DNA from: Opitutaceae bacterium
Lineage (GTDB): Bacteria > Verrucomicrobiota > Verrucomicrobiia > Opitutales > Opitutaceae
Assembly (NCBI GenBank): GCA_028691845.1
Contig: JAQUYL010000018.1
Span: 2,814 to 66,813, forward strand
Length of the DNA stretch: 64,000 nucleotides
Direction: 5' to 3'
Shown: piece by piece, positions 1 through 11,481 of the stretch
How the letters are laid out: every line of letters starts with the position of its first letter
How positions within the stretch are numbered: the first letter of the stretch is position 1
Program-made: the position numbers and the translations under genes
Notes under the pieces: generated by a model
What the model was told of the DNA's origin: nothing
The model's input: only the letters and a program-made list of their open reading frames with translations
Databases searched by the model: none

Positions 1-1601
<1,601 letters not shown>

Positions 1602-1698
1602 TCAAGAAAAAGCTGGGCGTCCACTCCGGTGCCGGCGGCAAAATGACCGGGGAAAAGATTTGCTTCGCCAAGCGGGACCGACGCATCCTCGCACCCGC

Positions 1699-2082
1699 GT
1701 GCATTCCAAACCCCAGCTTCTCGTCTGGATAACGTGTGACGGCGTCCACATCGACCCCGCGTCGGGCAAACACACCATCCTCGGCGTTTTCTCCAATATC
1801 AAGGCCCGGCAGTTTCCGGTGGTGCATCCGTTCATGGTGTGGTTCCTGACGCTGACGGACGTCCAACCCGGCACGCACCGAATCAGGATGTCCATCGGGC
1901 TGGATCCCACCAGTCTTGCCGAGTTGTTTCAACGTGAGTTCGAATCCCAGAGTCCTCTGCACCGCATCAACCTGATCAACGAACTCCGCAACTGCCGCTT
2001 CGAGCGACCCGGCGACTACTCCATCCTCATCGAGGTGGATGACGAGCCCATCCTCGCCACAAGCCTCACCGTCAGTCAGTGA
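1699..2082 (+). CDS. hypothetical protein (small, soluble)
   Basis: Part of ORF 1594..2082. The N-terminal 35 codons look non-coding and Arg-rich, so a GTG at 1699 (VHSKPQLLVWITCDG...) is the more plausible start. Divergent from pyrG. No family recognised with certainty. Confidence 0.5.
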   Translation: MHSKPQLLVWITCDGVHIDPASGKHTILGVFSNIKARQFPVVHPFMVWFLTLTDVQPGTHRIRMSIGLDPTSLAELFQREFESQSPLHRINLINELRNCRFERPGDYSILIEVDDEPILATSLTVSQ

Positions 2083-2186
2083 ATCCGGGCGGCAGGGTAT
2101 CCGTCTTGGGAAGCCGCGGCGATCCCGCCGGGTGATTTCGTTGCCTGCCATGCACCTCGTTTCAACGCTGACCAATCCTTCCACTC

Positions 2187-3194
2187 ATGTCTCAACCCCT
2201 TTTTGATCTCATCGGCGTCGGCAATCCCATCATGGACCTGCTGGCGCCGGTGCCTGAATCCTTCCTGACGGAGGCAGGCGGCGCCAAAGGCGGCATGGTG
2301 CATGTCGATTCCGCCGAGATCGGCCGCTTGGTGGCCAAGCTGGATGCCCCGCCGACCGTGATCCCCGGCGGCTCGGTGGCCAACACGATCGTCGGCGCCG
2401 CGCGGCTGGGTCTGTCCGCGACCTACCTCGGCAAGATCGGCCACGATGACACGGCCCGCGCGTACCACGCCCATTTCGTTTCCTCGGGCGCCGACGGCGC
2501 CCGTTTCAAGCACGGCGCCCTGCCGAACGGCCGCTGCCTGGCGCTCGTGACTCCCGACGGCCAGCGCACGCTACGGACCTTCCTCGGGGCAGCCATTTCG
2601 CTGCATCCTGACGAAATCTCCGCCGAGGATTTCCGCGGGGTCCGGCACGCCCACATCGAAGGCTATCTGCTGTTCAATCCGGCGCTGGCGGAGAAGGCCG
2701 TCTCCATGGCCCGCGCCGCCGGCTGCACGGTGAGCATCGATCTCGCCTCTTTCGAAGTCGTGAAGTCGGCGCGCGAGTGGATTTTCGCGCAGCTGCGCGC
2801 TGGCCTGCATGCGGTTTTCGCCAACGAGGACGAGGCGCGCGCCCTCTTCGCCGACGGGGCCGAATATCCGGAACTCGCTCGCCGGCTCGCTGGGTATGGC
2901 GGCATCGCCGCGGTCAAGCTGGGGAAGGACGGAGCGTGGATCGCTCAGGACAGCAACCTGCACCGCATCGAGCCCGTAACCGTGCCACACGTGGTCGATA
3001 CCACCGGGGCAGGTGATGCCTGGGCCGCCGGATTTCTCTTCGGCTGGTTGCGCGGCGCCTCCCTGCCCGCCGCGGGTGCCATCGGCTCCCTGCTGGGAGC
3101 CGAAACCGTGCAACACCTTGGCCCCGCGATCCCCGAGACCCGTTGGCCCGCGCTGCGCAGGCAGGCTGACCGCATCGCTTCGGACCAGACCTGA
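2187..3194 (+). CDS. PfkB-family carbohydrate/adenosine kinase
   Basis: GGSVANT near the N-terminus and DTTGAGDAWAAGFLFG near the C-terminus, the two PfkB signature regions. Length about 335 aa. Confidence 0.85.
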   Translation: MSQPLFDLIGVGNPIMDLLAPVPESFLTEAGGAKGGMVHVDSAEIGRLVAKLDAPPTVIPGGSVANTIVGAARLGLSATYLGKIGHDDTARAYHAHFVSSGADGARFKHGALPNGRCLALVTPDGQRTLRTFLGAAISLHPDEISAEDFRGVRHAHIEGYLLFNPALAEKAVSMARAAGCTVSIDLASFEVVKSAREWIFAQLRAGLHAVFANEDEARALFADGAEYPELARRLAGYGGIAAVKLGKDGAWIAQDSNLHRIEPVTVPHVVDTTGAGDAWAAGFLFGWLRGASLPAAGAIGSLLGAETVQHLGPAIPETRWPALRRQADRIASDQT

Positions 3195-3291
3195 CCTGGA
3201 GCCCTTCCCCCAGGGGCTTCAACTGGGATTCCGTCCCTGACGGAGAAGTTGGCTTGTCATTTATGGCTGGTTTCGTCTGTTCCGTGGTGAA

Positions 3292-4575
3292 ATGTCCGCC
3301 GACCTTGTCCAGCTCGTCACGTCCCTGGCGCAGCGCGCTCGCGCAGCCTCGCTCGTCCTCGCTTCGGCCCCGACCGTCGCAAAGGACGCCGCCTTGCTGC
3401 GCCTCGCCGAGTTACTCGAAACCCAGCAGGAAGAACTAATCGCGGCCAACAGGCAGGATCTCCTCTCTCCTCACGCCTCAGGCCTTACGCCTTCCGGGAT
3501 CGACCGGCTCACCCTCAATGGCAAACGCCTTGCCCAACTGGCCGCGAGTGTACGGCAGGTGGCGACGCTGCCCGATCCCGTCGGCGAGGGACTGGAGCGC
3601 CGCGTGCGGGCCGATGGCCTGGAAATCCGCCGCGTCCGCGTGCCCATCGGCGTCATCGGCATCATTTACGAAGCGCGGCCCAACGTCACCATCGACTGCG
3701 CCGTTCTCTGCCTCAAGAGCGGCAACGCCGCCATCCTGCGAGGCGGCAAGGAAAGCTTCCACACCAATACCGCCCTCGCCGCGCTGGTTCAGCAGGCGCT
3801 TGCCCATTCCTCCCTGCCTGCGGATGCGATCCAGCTCATTCCAACGACCGACCGCGCCGCGCTGACGACGCTGCTGAAGCTCGATTCGCTTGTGCATTGC
3901 ATCATACCGCGCGGCGGCGAGTCCCTGATCCGCTTTGTCACCGAGAACAGCACAATCCCCGTCATTAAGCATTTCAAGGGCGTGTGCTTCGTCTACGTCG
4001 ATCAGGCGGCCGACCTCGCGATGGCGGAAAAGATTTTGATCAACGCGAAAATTCAACGCCCCGGTGTCTGCAACGCCGCCGAGCAGTTGCTGTTGCACCG
4101 CAGCGTGGCGGAGAAATTCCTGCCCCAGGTAGCGCGCGCCTTGGCAGCCGCGCGGCCCGGCGGCGTGGAACTGCGCTGCGACGCCACCAGCTCCGCGATT
4201 TTGAAGAAACACCGCCTGCCGCACGCCGCTGCGTCCGAAGCCGACTTCACGACCGAGTTTCTCGACTACATCCTGGCTGTACGCGTGGTCGATTCGCTCC
4301 CCGCGGCGATCTCCACGATCAACCGTGACAGCTCCAATCACAGCGACGCCATTGTGACGGGCGATGCGAACGCGGCCCATCAATTCCTGACCGGCGTCGA
4401 CAGCGCCGCCGTGTTCTGGAATGCGAGCACCCGATTCAACGATGGCTTCGAACTCGGCCTCGGTGCCGAGATCGGCATCAGCACCGACCGGCTTCACGCC
4501 CGCGGACCGATGGGCCTGCGCGAGCTCTGCAGCTACAAATGGCTCGTCACCGGCGCCGGTCACGTGCGCAGTTGA
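3292..4575 (+). CDS. proA: gamma-glutamyl phosphate reductase
   Basis: VPIGVIGIIYEARPNVTIDCAVLCLKSGNAAILRGGKES and NHSDAIVT, AVFWNASTRFNDGFELGLGAEIGIST: a typical ProA aldehyde-dehydrogenase fold pattern. 427 aa. Confidence 0.95.
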   Translation: MSADLVQLVTSLAQRARAASLVLASAPTVAKDAALLRLAELLETQQEELIAANRQDLLSPHASGLTPSGIDRLTLNGKRLAQLAASVRQVATLPDPVGEGLERRVRADGLEIRRVRVPIGVIGIIYEARPNVTIDCAVLCLKSGNAAILRGGKESFHTNTALAALVQQALAHSSLPADAIQLIPTTDRAALTTLLKLDSLVHCIIPRGGESLIRFVTENSTIPVIKHFKGVCFVYVDQAADLAMAEKILINAKIQRPGVCNAAEQLLLHRSVAEKFLPQVARALAAARPGGVELRCDATSSAILKKHRLPHAAASEADFTTEFLDYILAVRVVDSLPAAISTINRDSSNHSDAIVTGDANAAHQFLTGVDSAAVFWNASTRFNDGFELGLGAEIGISTDRLHARGPMGLRELCSYKWLVTGAGHVRS

Positions 4576-4623
4576 TCCACCGCGGATTGCCAAAACGGCC
4601 GGGAATCCGGGCTAGGGAAAATT

Positions 4624-4640
4624 GTCAACTATTAGTTGAC
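4624..4640. promoter_or_regulatory. 7-3-7 inverted repeat GTCAACT-ATT-AGTTGAC, candidate operator upstream of birA
   Basis: Perfect 7-bp arms seen directly in the proA-birA intergenic region, about 180 bp upstream of the birA ATG. The half-site TGTCAAC resembles BirA-type TGT(A/T)AAC half-sites, but the spacing is much shorter than in known bioO sites. Confidence 0.25.
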
Positions 4641-4817
4641 GTAACTTTGGGGTGAAGGCTGGGAAAGCAGGCGCGCCGCGTTCGGCGCCGGCGGCCTTCC
4701 CGCCGCCGGCCCAACGGCCCCGCGACCCCGGCCGGAGGGTCCAAATTCTTCAGATGACATTTGCGCAAATTGCCCCGAAGATGTTCCCTATAAATCCACC
4801 TGGAGCCTGTCACCCGC

Positions 4818-5840
4818 ATGACTGCTAACGCTCACCCTGCTGAAGTCACCATTCTGCGCGAACTGCTCGCGGCCAGAAATGGTTATGTCTCTGGCGCAAA
4901 GCTGGCCCGCCTCCTCGGCATCTCCCGGGTGGCGGTATGGATGCATATGGGCAAACTGCGCCGGCAGGGCTTCGCCTTCGAGGCCGTCCGCAGTCGCGGC
5001 TACCGGTTGCATCACATCCCCGCCGAACCGCACCCGGCGCTTATCCTCGCCCATCTGCATGGACGCGGCCGGCCTGCCCGCCTGCTTTGCCTGGCCACAG
5101 TGGACAGCACCAACGCCGAGGCCGAACGCCAGCTCGCCGCCGGCTGCCCGCTGCCGTGCGTCATTTTCGCCCGCGAACAAACCCTCGGCCGCGGCCGCCT
5201 GGGAAGGCGCTGGCATAGCGCCCCCAACGGCAGTCTCTACGTCAGCTTCGCCTTCCGTCCGCATCTCGAGCCGGCCCACATGCAGGACTTCACGCTGTGG
5301 ATGGGCCTCAACCTCTGCGATCTGGTGGCCAACTTCTGCAACCTGACCCCGGGCATCAAATGGCCCAACGATCTGCTGATCGAAGGCCGCAAGGCCGGCG
5401 GCATGCTGACCGAGGCCCGCGTCGACGCCGACCAGATTCGGGACATCGTCTTTGGCCTTGGCCTCAATGTAAATGTCGCGCCCTCCGACCTGCCCCGCGA
5501 CCTCCAGCGCACGGCCACCTCGCTGGCGCACGCCACCGGCCGATCATTCGATCTGAACCGCTTTGCCGCCGCGCTCGTCGGCCGTATCCTCACCTCCTAC
5601 CACCAGTTCATCGACGGCAGCTACACCGACAAGTTTGCCCGTCTCTGGAAACGCTACGACATCCTGCGCGGCCAGCGGGTCTCCCTGACGCAGGGCCAGC
5701 ACACCATCTCCGGCATCGCTGCCGGGATCGATGCCGAGGGTTCGCTGATCCTCCGCCTCGATAACGGCCGCACCGATCGTTTCCGCTCGGGCGAGGTTTC
5801 CCTGGCAAAAAACCAACCTCCGGGCGCCGAACCTGAATGA
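4818..5840 (+). CDS. birA: bifunctional biotin-[acetyl-CoA-carboxylase] ligase / biotin operon repressor
   Basis: N-terminal winged-HTH (ILRELLAARNGYVSGAKLARLLGISRVAVWMHMGKLRRQGF) followed by the ligase motif GRGRLGRRWHSAPNGSLYVSF and KWPNDLL. Confidence 0.9.
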   Translation: MTANAHPAEVTILRELLAARNGYVSGAKLARLLGISRVAVWMHMGKLRRQGFAFEAVRSRGYRLHHIPAEPHPALILAHLHGRGRPARLLCLATVDSTNAEAERQLAAGCPLPCVIFAREQTLGRGRLGRRWHSAPNGSLYVSFAFRPHLEPAHMQDFTLWMGLNLCDLVANFCNLTPGIKWPNDLLIEGRKAGGMLTEARVDADQIRDIVFGLGLNVNVAPSDLPRDLQRTATSLAHATGRSFDLNRFAAALVGRILTSYHQFIDGSYTDKFARLWKRYDILRGQRVSLTQGQHTISGIAAGIDAEGSLILRLDNGRTDRFRSGEVSLAKNQPPGAEPE

Positions 5841-6014
5841 GGGCTGGCGTGTCTCCTAATCCTTGTTAAGCAGAATCTGCCACTTTGAACACCGTTTCCC
5901 CGATCCCGCTCGTTAAACCCATGGACTGCCAACCGGATTTCGCCGGCCCGGGTTCGGCTGCGTCCGCCGCCAGGCCGGGTGCGTCGGCTAGGGCTGGACG
6001 CGGCCTTTTGCCCC

Positions 6015-7040
6015 ATGGCTGACGCGGCGGAAATCACCATTGAGGTCTCCGACCTGGTGAAGCATTTCGGCCCGGTCGCGGCCGTCAATGGCATCAGCTT
6101 CACGGTGCGCCGGGGCGAGATTGTCGGCTTCCTCGGGCCGAATGGCGCGGGTAAGTCGACCACGATGCGCATACTCACGGGATATCTTCCCGCCACTTCC
6201 GGCGCGGTGCGCATCTGCGGCCTGCCCCTGGCAAGCCAGACCGACGCCATCAAGCGCCACATCGGTTACATGCCGGAAAACAATCCGCTGCCCGAGGATC
6301 TGCGCATCGCCGAGTACCTGTGGTTTCGCGGACGGCTCAAGGATATCCCCCGGAGCCGGCTCCGATCCCGCCTCGACGAGGTGTTGGAATTGTGCGATCT
6401 GAAACGGTACCGCCACCGCATCATAGGCCGGCTCTCCAAGGGCACGCGGCAGCGCGTCGGCATCGCCGAAGCCATCATGGCCGAGCCCGCCGTCATCATC
6501 ATGGACGAGCCCACCATCGGCCTCGATCCGCACCAGATTCTCATCGTCCGCGATTTGATCTCGCATCTGCGTGGCCGCATGAGCGTGATCATCTCCAGCC
6601 ACATACTGCCGGAGATCGAGGTCACCTGCGACCGCGTGCTCATCATCAGCGGCGGCCGCATTGTCGCGCAGGGCTCCCCCTCCGAATTGCGCAGCGAAAT
6701 CTTCGGCCACACCTCCTACCGACTGGAGATGGCTGGCGACCCCGCCACCCTGCCGCCCCAGCTTGCTGCCATCCACCCTACGCTCCGAATCACCGCCACC
6801 GACGAGCAGGCCGACGACCAGGGATTCCGGGAATTCATCCTTCGGACCGACGCCGATACCGACCTCGGCGAGACTCTGCTTCAGACGTTGCTGCACGCGG
6901 GCTTCCGGGTGCGATCCCTCGTTCGCCAGCACCCTTCGCTTGAGGATGTCTTTCTCACCGCGACCCGCCGGAGCTGGGACGCCACCCTGCCCGACCGGGA
7001 AACCCGCCGGGACGGCTCTCCGCCGCCCCCAGCCTTCTAG
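6015..7040 (+). CDS. ABC transporter ATP-binding protein (ABC-2 / GldA-like)
   Basis: Walker A GPNGAGKST, signature LSKGTRQRV, Walker B IIMDEPTIGLD. The ATG at 6015 (MADAAEITIEVSDL) is preferred over the GTG at 5979. Confidence 0.9.
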   Translation: MADAAEITIEVSDLVKHFGPVAAVNGISFTVRRGEIVGFLGPNGAGKSTTMRILTGYLPATSGAVRICGLPLASQTDAIKRHIGYMPENNPLPEDLRIAEYLWFRGRLKDIPRSRLRSRLDEVLELCDLKRYRHRIIGRLSKGTRQRVGIAEAIMAEPAVIIMDEPTIGLDPHQILIVRDLISHLRGRMSVIISSHILPEIEVTCDRVLIISGGRIVAQGSPSELRSEIFGHTSYRLEMAGDPATLPPQLAAIHPTLRITATDEQADDQGFREFILRTDADTDLGETLLQTLLHAGFRVRSLVRQHPSLEDVFLTATRRSWDATLPDRETRRDGSPPPPAF

Positions 7041-7055
7041 CCTTGCCTCCGGCTT

Positions 7056-7817
7056 ATGCGTCACTTTCTCACCATTCTCAGCCACGAGATTCGCACGCTG
7101 ATCTTCAGTCCGAACACCTATATCGCCAGCGTGCTTTTCCTCGCGATCATGGGCTTCATCTTTTCCGGAATTCTCGACGTCTACAGCCGCACCCCGCAGG
7201 AAACGCCACCGGCGGTCGTGTATTTCCAGCTCTTCTGGGTCCCCGTCTGTTTCATGGTGCCGCTCCTCACAATGAAGTGCCTGGCCGAGGAACGCCGCCT
7301 CGGCACGCTGGAGACGCTGCTCACCACGCCCGTCACCACGGCGGAGGTCGTGCTCGGCAAATTCAGCGCGGCCTACCTGTTCTATGTCTTCCTCTGGCTG
7401 TCCACGTTCTCGTTTCATGCGGTGCTCCACCACTTCGCCCGCGACGTCCGCCTGCTGGATCCCGGACCGCTTCTCGGCGGTTACGCATTCATACTGATTA
7501 GCGGTCTGCTGTTCGTCGCGCTGGGCGTTCTGGCCAGCGCGGTCACCCGCAGCCAGGCGGTCGCGGGCATCCTTTCCTTCGCCCTGCTGTTTGGCCTCAT
7601 CATCGGTCCGCGCCTGTTGCAGGATGTTGCCGCGCTCAATCTGGAGGCCCTCCATCCCGTCAAGACGGCGATCGACGCCCTGCAGGTTTTCCGGCACTTG
7701 GATGACTTCACCCACGGGGTCGTCGACACCCGCGAAATCTTTTTTTACGTCACCGGTTCGACCCTGGCGCTCATTTTCAGCATCCTCGGCGTCGAGGCCA
7801 AGATCCTCCAAAGCTGA
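7056..7817 (+). CDS. ABC-2 type transporter permease (GldF-like)
   Basis: Six-helix hydrophobic profile with the motif LAEERRLGTLETLLTTPV typical of ABC-2/GldF permeases. It starts 16 nt after the ATPase gene. Confidence 0.85.
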   Translation: MRHFLTILSHEIRTLIFSPNTYIASVLFLAIMGFIFSGILDVYSRTPQETPPAVVYFQLFWVPVCFMVPLLTMKCLAEERRLGTLETLLTTPVTTAEVVLGKFSAAYLFYVFLWLSTFSFHAVLHHFARDVRLLDPGPLLGGYAFILISGLLFVALGVLASAVTRSQAVAGILSFALLFGLIIGPRLLQDVAALNLEALHPVKTAIDALQVFRHLDDFTHGVVDTREIFFYVTGSTLALIFSILGVEAKILQS

Positions 7818-7823
7818 CCGCGC

Positions 7824-9317
7824 ATGAACCTGACCGACAGCTTTCGTGCGGCGCGCTTGATTCGCCTGATCAATCTGCTGCTGCAGGCCCTCCTCTTCCT
7901 CACGCTGATCGCCGGCCTGAATTATCTCTCCGTCAACCACGCCTGGCGCTTTGATCTCACACACAGCCGGCTCCATTCGCTTTCGCCGGAGACCCTCTCC
8001 TACCTTGAGCGCCTCGAGCGCGATGTCGACATTGTCGTCACCCTGACCGAGGACGCGGAGAGCGAAGAGGCGGCCCATGCCTTTCGCGACGTTAGCGGTC
8101 TGTTGCGCGAATATGAATATGTCACCGGCGTGAAAAATACCGGTCAGGGCCGGCTCAATGTCAAATATCTCGACGTCTACCAGCGCCGCCGCGAATCCGA
8201 GGCTCTCGGCATCGACCAACCCAATCAGGTGGTGCTCCTCTGCGGCGCCCGCCGCCGGGTGCTGACGCTGCAGGATCTTTATGTCACCAAGGTCCAGGAA
8301 ACCCAGTTGCGCCGGGAGGCCTTCCTGGGCGAGGCGGTGGTCACCGCCGCCATCCTCGATGTCTCCAGTCCCGCCAAGAAGAAGATATATTTTCTCACCG
8401 GCCACGGGGAAATCAGTCCCGACGACGTCACTCCCCGCGGCCTTTCCCAGCTGCGCGACGAGCTGTTCCAGCGCAACTTCGCCCTCGCCTCACTCGACCT
8501 GGCCCTCGAGAAAAAAATCCCCGACGATGCCGCCCTGTTGGTTTGCGTCGGACCGCAGGCCGTCTTCCGCCCCTTCGAGGAGGAACTGCTGCGGCGATAC
8601 CTCTCCACCCGCGCCGGTCGCCTCATTCTCGCGCTTAGCCCGGGCTTCGAGCGCACCGGCCTCGAAAACCTGCTCTTCGACTGGGGGATCTGGGCCTACG
8701 ACAACCTGATATTCGACCAATCGGCCGACTATCTGACTGACAGTCACGAGCTGCTTTTATACCATTATCTCCCGCACCCGATCACCCAGACTCTCATCAA
8801 CAACAGTCTCCGGTTGCTCATCGGGCCGGCGCGCGAGGTCATGGCCGATCCCGGACGCCCGCTGGACGACAGCTTGAACGTGCGGACGCTCGTCGCCACC
8901 GGCGCGACCGCCTGGGGCGAGAAAAGCTACCGCTTGAAGGATCCCCCGGTCTACACTCCCGGAGTCGACCAGTTCGACGCCAGGAACGGCTTGGGCGTGC
9001 TGGCGGTCTCCGAACGCGTCAAGCCCGCCAACCTCGCGCTGTCGGTGCCGGGCGGCCGCCTCGTCGTCTTCGGGGCCGCCGATGTCGTGACCAACAATCA
9101 CATCATCAACATCGGCAATCTGAATCTCTTTCTTGCCACCATCAACTGGGCCGTCGACCGCGACAACCAGCTCAATATCGCCGCCCGCCCCATCCAGCGG
9201 TTCCAGCTCGCCCTCAGCCAGGATGAACTCATCCGCCTGCGCCTGGTCCTGCTGCTGGCCGTCCCGGGCGCGGCCGCTCTTCTCGGTCTCCTGGTCTATT
9301 GGGCCCGCCGCCAGTAG
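7824..9317 (+). CDS. GldG-like ABC-transporter auxiliary protein
   Basis: N- and C-terminal TM anchors flank a large soluble domain. Its position directly after the ABC-2 permease matches the GldA/F/G gene order. Confidence 0.8.
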   Translation: MNLTDSFRAARLIRLINLLLQALLFLTLIAGLNYLSVNHAWRFDLTHSRLHSLSPETLSYLERLERDVDIVVTLTEDAESEEAAHAFRDVSGLLREYEYVTGVKNTGQGRLNVKYLDVYQRRRESEALGIDQPNQVVLLCGARRRVLTLQDLYVTKVQETQLRREAFLGEAVVTAAILDVSSPAKKKIYFLTGHGEISPDDVTPRGLSQLRDELFQRNFALASLDLALEKKIPDDAALLVCVGPQAVFRPFEEELLRRYLSTRAGRLILALSPGFERTGLENLLFDWGIWAYDNLIFDQSADYLTDSHELLLYHYLPHPITQTLINNSLRLLIGPAREVMADPGRPLDDSLNVRTLVATGATAWGEKSYRLKDPPVYTPGVDQFDARNGLGVLAVSERVKPANLALSVPGGRLVVFGAADVVTNNHIINIGNLNLFLATINWAVDRDNQLNIAARPIQRFQLALSQDELIRLRLVLLLAVPGAAALLGLLVYWARRQ

Positions 9318-9369
9318 CCGCACCGCGCCTTCTGCCGCCCTTTTTCACAGCCAACCCTTCCCCCGTCCG

Positions 9370-11430
9370 ATGCGTACCAAAATCACGCTCGTTTTGCTTT
9401 TCCTCAACGTCATCCTCTTCTACTACATTTTTCACTTCGAAAAGAAATGGGAAGAGGAGCGCAAATACCAGGAGGCTCGCCGCCGCGTCCTCCCACTGGA
9501 GGTCGCCAGCATCGACTCCTTTACCCGCACCACCCGCACCGGCGCCGTCATCCGCCTGGAAAAACGCGGCGACACCTGGTGGCTGACCCAGCCCTATGAG
9601 TGGCCGGCCAATCTCAACGCAGTCTCCAGCATCACTACCGAGCTCAATTTTCTCGAACACGAGACCAGCTTTGCCGTCCGCGACCTCGCCAAGAGCGGCC
9701 AATCCCTCGCCGACTACGGCCTTGATCAGCCCGCCCTTACGTTCGCCTTCACCGCCGCCGGCCGGAACTACACCCTCAAGATCGGGGACGATACCAAATT
9801 CGGCCACCGCCTCTATGTACTCTCGCCCGATGGCGCCCGCGTCCATGTAGTCAGCCGCCATCTGGCCGAGATCATCGGCCTGCCCGTCGAAAGTTTCCGC
9901 ACCGAATCCGTTTTTTCCATACCGCCTTTCGAAGCCCGCTCGCTCAGCCTGCAGACCACCGCCCTCAAGGTCCGCCTCCGCCGCGATGGCCCCCGCTGGT
10001 TGTTTGAAGCGCCCATCATCACCCGGGCCGACAAGAACAAGGTCGATGTCACGATCAGCGCCCTCAAAGCCCTGCAAGCGAGAAAATTTTTCGAGACCCG
10101 CGAGTCCGCCGATCTCGCCACCGGCCTCGACAATCCCATCCTTCGGGTGACCCTCGAGGGCAACGCCCGTCGGGAGGCTCTGCTCATCGGCCAGCCGGTG
10201 CCCGGCTCCGCCGGCCTGCCTCCCAGCCCTGCCGCCGCCGCACCTCCTGCCGCGGAGATTGAGCACTACGCCCTCCTTGAGGACAATGTCCGCACTGACA
10301 GCAGCAAATCCGTCGTCTTCACGGTCGCCCTGCCTTCGGCACTGTTGGAGGACCTGACGCGAGCGCAGGAAACTCTGCGCGACGCCCGCCTCCTCGATTT
10401 CGATCCCCGCACAGTCACGGCGCTCACTCTTCTGGCTCCCAACGCCCCAAACCAGCCCGAACTCACGCTCCAGCGCCTTGAATCCGCCGCCGCCTCGCCA
10501 GCGCCCTCCCCCGGAACCAAATCTGGCGGGGGCGACAACTGGCAGCTCATTTTTCGCGCCAACGGCCAGAATGCCCGGACGCTGCCGGCGGATGCCGGGA
10601 TTGTGCAGGATCTGCTCCAGAAGCTCTATCTGTTGACCGCCAAGAAATTCCTCAGTGACGCACCGGCGGACGCCGATGTGGAAAACTACGGCCTCAAGAG
10701 TCCGGACCGCCAAATCCACTTGAAGCTCGCCGGCGATCCAGCCGATCCCTCCGGTGTCCCCGGGGCAGCCACCGAGTTCGTCCTGCAGATCGGGACGTCA
10801 CCGGGACAACGCGGCTCGGCATACGCCCGACTCACCAATCCGCTCTACATCTACCAGATCGATCGAGATATTCTCAGGGACACGGTGCCCCTCCTCCGTC
10901 ACTTCCGCGAACACACCCGCGAGCTTCCCGCCGGGGCCAAGATCACCTCCTTGAAGCTGACCGATCTGGCCACCGGGACGGTATTGCTCGACCGCGCACT
11001 TCCGGCGGACAGCACCCTGCCGGCCGCCGATCTGGCCGGGGAAGATGATCCGGCTCCGCGCAAGACCGCGCTGCTCAATCTACTCGCCGAGCTGCGCGTG
11101 CTGCGCGCCAAGCGGTTTGTGGCCGACACGTTCACCGAGGAGCGCGCTGAGCCGGCGAACGGCGCACCCCAGGAGTGGAAATACCGTCTAGATGCCACGC
11201 TCGCGCTCGTCGGTGGAAGCAGTGCCACCCCCGCCTCCAGCATCAAACTGTTCTTCACCGAACGCCTCGGCGGCACGACCCAGCTCGTCGGCACCACCGA
11301 ATTCGACGGCGTGGTGTTTGAAGCCAACCAGGCCCTGCTTGATGCGATCTTCGCCCTCACCTACGGGCCACAGGATCCCGGCCCGCCCGACCCGGAGCCA
11401 GCCCCCACCGCCCCTCCCGCCGCAGGCTGA
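9370..11430 (+). CDS. DUF4340-like membrane-anchored protein
   Basis: The ATG at 9370 gives MRTKITLVLLFLNVILFYYIF (signal anchor). The upstream part of ORF 9133..11430 overlaps the gldG-like gene out of frame. Repetitive beta-rich body with a Pro/Ala-rich linker. Conserved position after gldG-type genes. Confidence 0.7.
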   Translation: MRTKITLVLLFLNVILFYYIFHFEKKWEEERKYQEARRRVLPLEVASIDSFTRTTRTGAVIRLEKRGDTWWLTQPYEWPANLNAVSSITTELNFLEHETSFAVRDLAKSGQSLADYGLDQPALTFAFTAAGRNYTLKIGDDTKFGHRLYVLSPDGARVHVVSRHLAEIIGLPVESFRTESVFSIPPFEARSLSLQTTALKVRLRRDGPRWLFEAPIITRADKNKVDVTISALKALQARKFFETRESADLATGLDNPILRVTLEGNARREALLIGQPVPGSAGLPPSPAAAAPPAAEIEHYALLEDNVRTDSSKSVVFTVALPSALLEDLTRAQETLRDARLLDFDPRTVTALTLLAPNAPNQPELTLQRLESAAASPAPSPGTKSGGGDNWQLIFRANGQNARTLPADAGIVQDLLQKLYLLTAKKFLSDAPADADVENYGLKSPDRQIHLKLAGDPADPSGVPGAATEFVLQIGTSPGQRGSAYARLTNPLYIYQIDRDILRDTVPLLRHFREHTRELPAGAKITSLKLTDLATGTVLLDRALPADSTLPAADLAGEDDPAPRKTALLNLLAELRVLRAKRFVADTFTEERAEPANGAPQEWKYRLDATLALVGGSSATPASSIKLFFTERLGGTTQLVGTTEFDGVVFEANQALLDAIFALTYGPQDPGPPDPEPAPTAPPAAG

Positions 11431-11481
11431 TTCTCCTGCGGCGCTCATCCTCCGCCGCTGCCGCCCATTCGCCCGCCTTCG

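Noticed and set aside
1920-1950. tRNA-like T-loop string GAGTTCGAATCCCAG
   Set aside because: The flanks do not form a T-stem, acceptor stem or anticodon arm. The string lies inside a coding frame (REFESQS). I found no convincing tRNA anywhere in the window, including the 23S-5S spacer.
5988-8405. 805-aa minus-strand ORF spanning the ABC ATPase/permease/GldG genes. Similar long shadows occur at 3478..4593, 9229..10719, 12229..13062, 13123..13947, 14705..15679, 21054..22217, 23062..24123, 25418..26287, 47265..48029 and 48413..49309.
   Set aside because: Each overlaps a well-supported gene on the other strand or in another frame and has a low-complexity Gly/Ala/Arg/Asp composition. Stop codons are rare in GC-rich antisense frames.
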